Below, in pieces: positions 53,738-64,000 of a stretch of DNA of 64,000 nucleotides (positions are counted from its first letter, which is position 1; the number at the start of each line of letters is the position of its first letter). This stretch comes from Kudoa neothunni (lineage: Eukaryota > Animalia > Cnidaria): positions 6,242,144-6,306,143 of the forward strand of contig OZ199838.1 in the NCBI GenBank assembly GCA_964304625.1, in the 5' to 3' direction. The notes beneath the pieces are model-generated. The model was not told the DNA's origin. It made no database searches and worked only from the letters and a program-made list of their open reading frames with translations. The position numbers and the translations under genes are program-made.

Positions 53738-54900
53738 AAATTTTTTTAAATATTATATCTTTTGTGTATGAATGAAACAATTTTAACTAACAACAAAAAT
53801 AATAAAATTGTCAATAGTTTTAACACAACATTTTCTTTTAAATTCATTAACATGGGCGTTTTGAAGTCGGATAAAGATTATTTGGCGAAAAATTCAAAAC
53901 ATTATATAGTTCATTTGTGTCAAATGAATAATTCTATATTCATATTCTAGACATAATGTTATATTTACATAAAATCAGTTATTAAAAAATATTAAACAAT
54001 GTTTATTTCAACATTGTAGATTTTTTACATTTACTTAAATAGAGTAGTACAGAAAATTTTGTATGATACGCTTTTTTCTTTATTGGATTTATCTACAAAA
54101 CCTCAAAAATCGTCTATTTTATATATTGATAATTTCTGTATTATATTTATTATTTTATGACAAAAATATCAGTTTATAATTTTTTTAGAAGATAATGGAC
54201 ATATTAAAATGCAAACTTTCAAATTTAAACAATATTTTTATTTTTCATAATTGTACTTTCAAAGAAATTCAGTCATATAACTTTATCCAGTGAATATAAA
54301 TTTACCAAAAAAATTATAAACTATGCATCTTGTTTTAACATAAGAAATCGCAATGAGATTTACATTTTATCGATTTGATATGAACAAATGGATTTGCTCA
54401 GTTTATAAAATGTAACACCATTATATAGAACGCTCAAATTCCCTTTTTGGTCAAATAATCATCTTAAACATAATTTAAGTGATTTAATATAACGAATGTG
54501 TTAAAATATGTGACAAATAATGAAATAGACAAATTTTTGTATACAAAAGGGAGATTACACATGGGGACGATGTTTCTCGAAGTGGAATTTGGTTAAAATT
54601 TAGAAGTTATTTTTTAAAGCTGAATTTTTGCACATCATATTTATTTATTTTGTTAATAAGAATCGTAGAAAATCGGCGATAAAAAAAATACGCAAAATTA
54701 TGTTTTTAGGTGTCACAGGCTTTAGAATTACCATTATCTTTCTAATAAAAATTCACAATTTTATTTAAACTTTAAACTTTACTTAATTTATAATATAAAA
54801 TGATTTGAAATTTGTTTTGTATTGTAAATCCAGTTTTCCATAAAATTAGAAAATTCAGACTTGCTTAAAAAAATTGATTAGTACGCATGCTCAACAAATT

Positions 54901-57393
54901 ATGAGAATTTTTAGTGAAAGTTTTAAGGTTTAATATCACTTTCGCGGCTAATTTTTAAAATGAGGAAATTTTTTAGTCTTGGGATTGTGCAAAAAACAAC
55001 ATTAACGTTTTAGTAATTGGAGCAGGAGGTATTGGCTGTGAAATTATACGCTGTTTGGTATTACTTCACTAAAATTAATGTCGGTCAGATAAAACATTTA
55101 TGTGTTTTTAGGCTTCTACAGGTATCAGTAACATGGATATTATAGACATGGATACTATAGAATTATCAAATTTAAATAGACAGCTCCTCTATTCGTTAGT
55201 TTCTTTTGTTATGAACTCAAATTGTTCATTGATATAAAACAGTGATCAAGATGTGGGTAAATCTAAGGCAGAAGTGGCTTCTAATAGAATTCTGGCCTCG
55301 TTTCCTTATTATAAAGTGAATGGGTAGGGTTTTGATTAAAGAACACGTGTTTGTTATATATGTGTAGTTACTTTAAAAGGATAGAAGATTTTGATATTTT
55401 ATTTTACGAAAAATACGACGCATTTTTGTGTGGCCTGGACTCAATTGAAGCTAGACGTTTTATTAACAATATATCGGCCTCATTTATGGAATATAATGAT
55501 AATGGGCGCGTTAAATTGGAATCTATCATTCCAGTGATAGATGCGGGGACTGAAGGTAAATTAAATTGTGTTGAAGTGATTCGATTTTTTACTTTTTTAA
55601 GGATTAAGAGGTCATTGCCGTGTGATTATTCCAGGATTTACCAGTTGTATTGATTGCAATTTAGATATTTTCACCCCACAGGTATTATTATTCATTCTCT
55701 TGTGTTATATTTTCAATCAAGACAAAATATGCTATGTGCTCATTCGCCAACAATCCGAGGCAACCCCACCATTGTGTGGAATATGCCAAAAGTTTAAGTT
55801 GGAATAGTTTGAGACCTTTTGGAGGTAATTATTTATATTTATTCGCGCATTTATTGCATACTTTTAATTAATTAAATAATTATTCTCTTATAATTATTAA
55901 TTTAATGAAGAAATTGATTTCGATGTAACCAATCAACAACACCTTCAATGGATTTACGAGAAAGCCAAAGAAATTGCTAACAAACACCAAATTGATGGTG
56001 TCACTATTCATCTTATAACAAGTACTTCCGTCGACTATTTTTAGCGAGTATAAATCATAATTTTCCAGGCTACTTGAAAAATATTGTGCCAGCAGTTATA
56101 TCAATGCAAACAATAGTTGCATGTGGTTATGTATATTGTGGCGATCGATACTAATTGATAATATAGCTAAAGTTGTTGCTGAATTAAGAAAACTAATTCT
56201 ACACAAGTTTGGATATTTTTATGATATTATCTAAATTCGGTTAGAATTGATGACATCGTTGGCGCTAATTTTACCTATTACAATCTTTCCAATGGTTTCT
56301 ATAGTATAAGTGTGGAAAATAAAAGGAACGTATAGTTATTATACTTATAATTATAGCACATTAATAAATAACCATAATTTTATTTTTAGAATAATTGTGT
56401 CACGTGTAGTTCTTCAGTGGTTATACTTACCTTGGATGGCAACCAGACATTGTCGCAACTAATTCAACATCTTAGCCACCATCCAAAATAGTAATGAAAT
56501 AATTTTTAATCAATTATTTAATTAAAAAATGAGATAATGATTCATCACTTAAGTGATGCTATTCGAATCAAACTTGTTTTTAGAATATTCGATTAATATG
56601 AATTTTGCATTAGACTACTAATTATATGTAATAATAAATCATAATGAATCTGTAAATAAAAAATTTATGCTCAAGTAAACGATATGATCTAGTTTTAATG
56701 AAATAAAAGCAATGAATTACATTTGGAAAATTTAGATTAGCCGAATTTTTGTATTGTTAATCCCTAACTCTCTATTTGAGAAAAATTGCTGTTGTCTTGG
56801 CGACCTATGTTGCCTTGTATGGTGTAATTAAATTAGTAAGTATTAAATTAACTTTACACATTCAAAAGTATCAATTCAAAATATTAATTAATTAGCATTA
56901 TTTAGTTAAAATTAGTCAATGAAGTAATTGATTACTTAATTGTATTAATAAATTAATTACAGAGTAACAACAATAATTAATTATAAACAATTATGAATAT
57001 TTTTCTAAATTTCAACTGTGATACAAAAATAGTCAACTTAAAGATCCCCACATGACCTACGAAAAGAATGGTTCTCTGGTCCTATTATATATGCCTGTAA
57101 ACATATTTAATAACATCCACCAAAAATTCAATACACATTCACTTAGCCCCCTCATTGTCTCCATGAACAAACCCTATGTAATCTGACAAAAACGTTGAAA
57201 GGTACCTTTTGATTTTAGTAATAGTATCGTTTTAGCCGACTACTACATTAAACTAATGCAACCCCTAGAATTACAAATAGAAAACACCAATCTCATTGTG
57301 TACAGTAAATCCACTTGCAAAGAAAGAGACATCGAATTTTACGTCGAATTTGAAAAAGTATACAAAATAAACATTTATTTGTTGTTATGTTGA
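54901..57393 (+). CDS. UBA3: NEDD8-activating enzyme E1 catalytic subunit, multi-exon
   Basis: VLVIGAGGIGCEI, IIDMDTIELSNLNRQ, GLDSIEARR, IPVIDAGTEG, catalytic AMCSFANNPRQPHHCVEY, KNIVPAV and CVTC. The stop is at 57393, or at 57427 if a last intron 57358-57421 is used. Confidence 0.95.
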
Positions 57394-58211
57394 TATCTAT
57401 GAATTAAATCTATCAACATAGGAATAGGAAATGGAGTGGATTGTAGTTTTTCCACATCGAGAGGCTGTTGTTGCGATCCAAAAAACAAATATTTTATTTT
57501 AAAACTACCGTCGTCATCTTTGGTGAGCACACATTTGAGGGGTATGTTGCTCAACTGGGGATCATTAGTCGCCACCGCACCAATATACATCACAAAATAA
57601 ATCAAGGAATCGGAGAATGATTTCAGCTCAAATCTAATATCATTTTGGAAAGCTTTTTTCAATGATTTCTCTATAGTACTGACAATATCATCACTAGAAT
57701 ATTTATTTTCGTTATCATTTGGGGCGGCGGTGTTTCGAAGTTGGTCTGTGAGGTTTCTAATTCTAGAATCAGCCTGCGCGAGCTGTAATTTTAGGTCCTC
57801 ATTTCTTGATTGCATGCCTTCCAACATTTTATTCCTACCATTATACAGCTGCATGGTTTGAGTTAACACTTTGCGCATAGTTTCAACAATAGTTTCTTTT
57901 CGGTGAATCACATTTTCCAACTCAATAATCGCGCTATCCGACTTGATTGAGCGTTGATCCATTTCTCGACACACGTGCTGAAGCAGTTGATTCTTCTCGA
58001 GTTCTACTTTGATGGAGTTAAGTTCACATTGTAGAAGGATAGCTTGGTCGTCGGTGAGCAGTTTGTTTTCATCTATCGAGTGTCTCATTTGTTCGCTGAT
58101 GCCGTTGAACATTTGTGTTTCACCTAGGTGATGAACTTCCCTAAGCAGATCATTGTATTCCCTTAGTAGGATTGAACCGGCTTCATTATTCAAACTCACG
58201 CTCTCTTCCAT
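57375..58211 (-). CDS. Intronless coiled-coil protein with an RWD-like C-terminus, SPC25-like kinetochore candidate
   Basis: A long heptad-rich region is followed by IRFELKSFSDSLIYFVM..NDPQ..LKCVLTKDDDGSFKI, which resembles the Spc25 globular domain pattern by eye. First ATG at 58211. Confidence 0.55.
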   Translation of the reverse strand: MEESVSLNNEAGSILLREYNDLLREVHHLGETQMFNGISEQMRHSIDENKLLTDDQAILLQCELNSIKVELEKNQLLQHVCREMDQRSIKSDSAIIELENVIHRKETIVETMRKVLTQTMQLYNGRNKMLEGMQSRNEDLKLQLAQADSRIRNLTDQLRNTAAPNDNENKYSSDDIVSTIEKSLKKAFQNDIRFELKSFSDSLIYFVMYIGAVATNDPQLSNIPLKCVLTKDDDGSFKIKYLFFGSQQQPLDVEKLQSTPFPIPMLIDLIHRYQHNNK

Positions 58212-58223
58212 TTTTACTAGATT

Positions 58224-58235
58224 AGCGCAAGCGCG
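58224..58235 (-). promoter_or_regulatory. NRF1-like element upstream of the SPC25-like gene
   Basis: AGCGCAAGCGCG, 12 nt from the ATG at 58211. Confidence 0.55.
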
Positions 58236-58726
58236 AAAAATATGAGAATAGGGCATCTTATGTAGACTAACTTATACAGTATTTTGAGGTCAAAACACAC
58301 CCTACCGAATCAAAATTGAATTAACACAAATCCAGAACGGAAATATTTAACGATTAGGTGAATTTTAAGGCGAAACCAAGAGGCATTTGTTCGGTCAGTA
58401 AAAAGGTAACGACTGCCGATCAAAACTTCTAATGTACAAAAATCATTCATTCAAAGTTTAGTAGATAATGCTTGCATAACAAGTTTTGCGAGAATTTTCT
58501 CAGAGCAGTTGATCCTACCATGTTATGGCCCCTTTTTTAAATCCAAGTAAGATATTGTCCATTATTTGATGAGTTGTAAGAAATATAAATCCTACTGACA
58601 ATAAAAATTATTGAATGCTATTATGGATGGGTGAACTAAAATTACGCCTAAACAATATTTAAACTCAGAAAATATTGATAGCTGGAAATATGTCTTATCT
58701 TATGAATGTTGCATTTTGTTCTAGAC

Positions 58727-60019
58727 CAGTGGTGGGCACAACTTGTAGGGGTGCGAGTCAAATTAGCGCGTTACAGAAGCTTGGAGGGCCGCGTTGTTGA
58801 CTGCGCGTTTTTTTGAGAATTTAAATACCAGTTGGTGGCTTTTCTAACATTTTTGGTACAATTAAAAAAGTGAGTATATAAATTAATTTAAAAACGCTCC
58901 CAATTAGTAAAACATAATAAGGAATTAAATAGATTTTTTAAATATAGAAATTTTATGATTGACGTACTATTGTAATCTAGGATTGGAACAATAGGCTTCA
59001 TTTATACTTAATAAACTTTTATTTTAACTGAATTTATGAAAATTTAATAATACTCATTAAGTAAACATGAAATATTTAAACAATGACTCTGATAGAATTA
59101 TTTCTCTCAATTTCACTTATATACGTCAATAAATAAAAGTAATATTTATCATAAGAGTTTAACTCTTGATTGATTGGATTTGCTTATTATAACTTTCAAA
59201 GTATTTGAAGGCCGTTTGTTCTCTATTGTTATCGTTGATTTTGTCATTGAATTCTCCAGGTTTCATTTGGTGCTGCCGCATCAAGTTATATTCCCTTAAT
59301 ACAGGAACTGATTCGAGACAAAGCCAACAGACCGCTTTATCCACTGAATGTGTGAAGAAATATTTTTGAGTCCAATCATCACTAAAACTATGGTTTTCAT
59401 TAATAAATGTACTAAAATGTGATGCCAACAAACAACGAATAATAGGGGAAGTTTGAGCGCATTATCACTTGGGAAAATAAAGATGAATAGAAAACTATTC
59501 CTACATTAAGCTGATAAATTTGGATACTCCTGTATTATAAACATATATTGTTGAAAATCTGAGGATATCTAAAAAATTATAGATTACATCGTCTTCATGA
59601 CTTTTAAACATAGTAATAAATAATTTTGTTGCTAATGCATCTCTTGTAATGAAAGATATGATAATGGTTCCTATTGCGTTAAACTTACTATTTAGATATG
59701 AGTATCGCATGCTCATGTTTTTTAACATTTAGTTAATTTTAGATTTATTTTGTTTTAAGCGCGTATTAGATCTTACTTTGATCCCTATTACATACGATAA
59801 TCATACGTAGGGTGCAAGCGTAGACAAAATATCAACTCGGATAATTGAATCGCGTAGAATTAACATTTATAAATCTAAAATATTCGCCAAAAAGTAACTT
59901 TTTAATTGGCTCATGAAAGAGAAACGCTATTTTGATGTTATTAGATTGTGAAAATAGTGTATGTTGAGAAAATTTACAGTCTTCTAAACTCGTCTGCTGG
60001 CCGCAACTGCTCACCATTC
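58727..60019 (-). mobile_element. Decayed hAT (Charlie/Buster/SPIN-like) element
   Basis: The left end CAGTGGTGGGCA follows TTCTAGAC, and a degenerate inverted end TGCTCACCATT is present. The fragment FSDDWTQKYFF..KAVCWLC..VLREYNLMRQH matches the N-terminal zinc finger of this transposase group. Confidence 0.7.
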
Positions 60020-61117
60020 ATTTAGTCAAGTTAACGATCGCGTGCGCGGGTCGCTTTTTGATATTGACAAGCTGCATTTTGATCCTGAAATACTGTATGA
60101 AAGAGGTTAAATTTTTCAAATCCAACAAATACTTCGTTAGATTTCTTTAGACCAATGTTTACGAATCCGGAATCCTCGCACTGGTTTCGGGAGGTCCGTG
60201 ATAAGGCTTTTACTCTTAAAAAATAAATTATTTGTAAATTCTTGGTTATAATAAAGGCCGACTTAAAAACATGATTTTGAACAATAATATTTTAAATAAA
60301 TGTACGTAATTAATATATTTATGATTTTTTATTCGATTAGTTTAGATAATGGAGAATTCATGAATCAAAAAGATTGTGAAACATTGGTAGAGATGATATA
60401 AAACCATTAAAAATTTTCTTTGAATTTTCTATAAATTTATTAATAGCTCTATTCTAATATAATCCATATTGAATATAGATAAAGTTTTATCATGCTTGTT
60501 CATGTGAGTATTAAACTAGTGATTACTTTTTATTTTAAAATAACATTTAACTATATATAACTGAAGGAGAAAATAACATAAAGGTACGTTATAGTTATAG
60601 CATCTAAAATACACCTAGGGGAGGGAACAAATTTTTGTCAAATATTTCTTTTCTTCAACAAAATCGCGGCCATAATCATAATCACATTGTTACGTTTTAT
60701 GATATTAAATATGTCATAAATTAAAAATATTTAACAAGCAATGTCTACTCAGGTGCAACGTAAAATGTTTAATCTACGAAACGCATACAATTCCAGTTAA
60801 TTCTATTCTAAAAATGAACTTATCAAATTAATATCACCAAACTATGATAAATATTATTTTAAAAATTATCTGGAATCATTATCTAAAATTTATAACTGGA
60901 AATTAAAATGATTTCAAATCATAATGTTATTTAGCTATGAAACTTGCTCTCGTTATTAGTTTTGCGTGGTAAGCTATACCGTAACTACATTATAGCTTGG
61001 TAGGGTTTAATTTTTTGTTCTTTCTTTCCCTCTATAGATATGTATATAAATATAAATAAGTATATATAAATATTAATTTTATGTTTCTTAATTTAAATTT
61101 AAAACATAATTTTTATT

Positions 61118-61983
61118 TCAAATGAACTTAAGGAATATTGAAATTTTATGGCCAGAATATTTTCTCCGATACATAAAACCGGTCACATAATGTGGAAGAG
61201 TTTGGGTTTTTATTTGTTGCGTTCCGATATTTACGCTTAAAAGCCCCCTAGTTAGCTTCAATTTTGTTAAGTGTATTCCCTCAGTGGAAAAAAACTTCCT
61301 TCGGTGAATAACTACCCCATGCACAAAACCCAACTCTGCCAAGCTATTATATCCTTTCCAACCGTCCGTCCAAACGATTGACTCCTCTTCGACGTTGTCA
61401 AGAATAATTCTTTCAAGAATGTTTTTATTTCTTCGCTGAGTTAAGCGCAAAAAACAATTTCCATTCTCGTCGATATCACCAACCATCCAATATTGTTGAT
61501 TACGAAGAATCCTTCCCACGTTGTATTTTCTTTTAGATATGGAGGTCTCATCAATTTGAACGATAACTCCCCGTCCGTCAATTTTTGAAGATTCCTCATC
61601 AAATTTAGAGGTCATAAAATCATATATTACATTTTTCCATTCACATATGATGGAAGTGGATGATATTACAACATGCTTTCGAATTTTCCCATAAGTCATG
61701 GATGGGTGCTGAATTATAGAAACGATAAATATGAAGATCTTCCACAACAAAAGTCTAGATATTTCAAAAGTTGTTCCCTCTCGAATCGATGTCGTTCATC
61801 TTCAGTATCTTCTTTTAGCAAAAAACTTTTGACCTTCACACAAACCTTTAGAATAACTTGGTATCAATCCAAGATTTTGTACTGTCTTAATTGTATAATC
61901 TAAATCATCACGGAAATAACCATAATACAAATCAATGATGTCGTCAACATTCTTAAAAGTATATTTTCTTGTTAAGATTCATC
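61118..61983 (-). pseudogene. Frameshifted Merlin/ISXO2-like transposase
   Basis: IVQIDET, RKYNVGR and VWTDGWKGY are present. Frameshifts lie near the N-terminus and before the catalytic Glu. It is a clear relative of 52761-53681. A GGCTAAA-type end lies at ~62048. Confidence 0.85.
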
Positions 61984-62485
61984 GCGCCACAAATATAACG
62001 AGCAGCTACGAATATTATCGAAGCGAGTCACAGTCACTCTAATTTAGCCGATTTTATATATTAGCAATCTATATTGCTACTCGATCTTCAAAAAACATAT
62101 TTCAAATAGACGTATCGTTCACATACGACACAACATAAAGAGGGGAAAAATAATATTAATATCTTTATTTATCAATAAATTATAAAAAATATGAATATTT
62201 AAATGTTAATATCTGCTAAGCTTTACCTTTTCAAATAAATAAATAAACAAACTCCAAATTAAGGATGAAGTCCATGCAGTTGATAGCTTTTAATTTATTC
62301 GCAGCAACGTACCGTAGGAACCGAGTGTTACGAAATAACAAAATCACTATTAGAAATTAACCATTTTTATTTCAATCGATTCAAAAACTAATCGCACTCA
62401 ACGACTGGGTGTGAAAATAGCAGCTGCCATGCTTCCTACCGTTTCCTTGGTAATCCTGTTTCCGAATTAGCACGAAAATAGAATT

Positions 62486-64000
62486 ATGGAGAGCCTCAAG
62501 GATAAACTCATCAAAAACGCTTTCTCGGACGATATTACAATAGATTGGAATTCTATCGTCAAAGCTGATTCGAAATCGAACCTCAAGTCAGACAACTTTG
62601 ATTCCAATGTGCCAGATTATTCAAGAAGAATATGGAAAGTATAATCATTGCCTTTTCAGTTGCACAGCGCAGCTGAGAATAGAATATATTTGTAAAATAA
62701 TCGAATTTTAGGTGGCCGATTGGCTTTCTAGCGGAACGGACCAACTGAATAAAACTGATGATAGTGACGTAGAAAATGATGATAAAGATTTTTTGTCATT
62801 AATTACACCACAATCCAATTCAACCAAATCTTCAAAGTCTCATTCTTCGAGATATCGTTTTCCCAAATATAACGTAGAAATATTTATGATGTTAGTTGTG
62901 AACCGAATTTCTCGTGACTTTAGAAATTCTCAACCAACAACAACTATAACAGATATCGTGGTCAAACCAATAATACCAGCAATTGTATTTGAATTTAAAT
63001 CAATTATTATCGATTGTTTATATTTATTTTTAATAGATACAAATCAACCTAAAAAGAATACTGTTGTTTCTACCCATAGAAACAAAACGATGAATTATAA
63101 TCGATGTCAGGTAGATGTTTAATTTTTTTCCCCAGAATGTGATATTATTGATCAAATTTTTACTAACTATAATAGTACAAATGGTTCCTTAAACCATCTA
63201 TCCAACTGAAAGAAACTTGGGAAGAGGTAGTAGCATTTGACTTTGCTAAAATATCCAAAATCAAAAACACTAAATTACCCACTGTGAATGATGTGTATGG
63301 TTTCAATGGTTATGTGAATTTTTAAGCATAATTTATTTTAGGATGTGGTGTGGTAAGCTGAATCGATACAATACCAATTTCGATTCCACCAGAAGAAATC
63401 CTGCCCCATTAAAAGCTCACGAATCTACGCAATTTTCGGTTGCCGCCTCAGAAGATCCTGTTATTCGAAATGTAAACTCTCTTAAATGATCTGTAGCTAG
63501 TATAAATTAATGTCGATATGTTTTTGTATATAGCAAGTGGACAGTGCCGAGATTTTCGCTACTGACATTGTCATTTCCACGTTGATGACTTGTGTTAAGT
63601 CGTTAGCGTCGTGGCATATAGCAGTTGTGGTAATTCGAGGTAGATTTTAATGATTCTATAGTTTTTTAATGGGTAGAAAATTGGCAATTTCATTTTTCTT
63701 GATAAAAGACATGAATCCGGAGTTGGTATGTTATTGTTGTTTTTTCTTACGACTCTCTTTCGTCAACCAACACTAACCAATATTTTTTTAAAGATTTGTC
63801 GTATGTGTGTGAAAATGCTAGGGATCCACCTTTTGATATGGACATCAATTCACCACTTGAATTGGCGCTTGAAGCCACACGCACTCATCAGAAATATCTC
63901 ACTCAATGTACTATTCATTCTGATGTGCTAACTATGGACAACGCCGATCCTTTCCTATCGCAGTCTGCCATCGAAAACAGCAGTCAATCAAAAAATAAAT
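62486..64000 (+). CDS. EIF3D: Translation initiation factor 3 subunit D, 5' part (runs off the window)
   Basis: Spliced motifs RIWKVADW, SIQLKETWEEVVAFDF, CGKL..Y, EDPVIR, IFATDIVISTLMTC..S..SW, FLDKR and INSPLELALEAT. Confidence 0.92.

Larger units (their letters stand above)
48002..54732. mobile_element. Non-autonomous Merlin-type shell element hosting two nested insertions
   Basis: Imperfect TIRs of ~260 bp (48002-~48263 and ~54471-54732; the right end reads GG inward) and a perfect 8-bp TSD ATTATCTT (47994-48001 and 54733-54740). Confidence 0.85.

Overview
AT-rich eukaryotic nuclear DNA with many short GT-AG introns (mostly ~40-110 nt, often with a CTAAY branch motif), so the ORF track misses or fragments most genes. 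The gene content (ZGLP1-like, INTS14, NICE-3/C1orf43) and fast-evolving proteins suggest a compact animal genome, possibly a parasite lineage such as Myxozoa; this is inference only. Spliced by hand: TRAPPC3(-), ZGLP1-like double zinc finger(+), VBP1/PFDN3(+), DDX5/17(+), SRRM1(-), U2AF1(-), two tandem NICE-3 paralogues(-), INTS14(-), UBA3(+), an SPC25-like intronless gene(-) and the 5' part of EIF3D(+). Intergenic DNA is full of transposon material: two ~2-kb Helitrons, hAT/piggyBac/Tc1-pogo MITEs and relics, and a decayed Gypsy fragment. A nested trio at 48.0-54.7 kb consists of a Merlin-type shell holding a 3,979-bp Gypsy element with identical 78-bp LTRs and a 1,048-bp intact Merlin. The most promising undescribed signals are: (1) a tRNA-headed SINE family carrying a large, highly structured RNA core with two diverged copies; (2) the ultra-short-LTR retrotransposon; (3) an NRF1-like GCGCnnGCGC element 5-21 nt from the ATG of six housekeeping genes; (4) a structured 530-nt intron kept at the conserved DBP2/p68 autoregulatory position; (5) a ZGLP1 finger with a 45-residue loop. 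No CRISPR, rRNA or canonical tRNA gene was found. All homology calls are from motif recognition by eye, not database searches.
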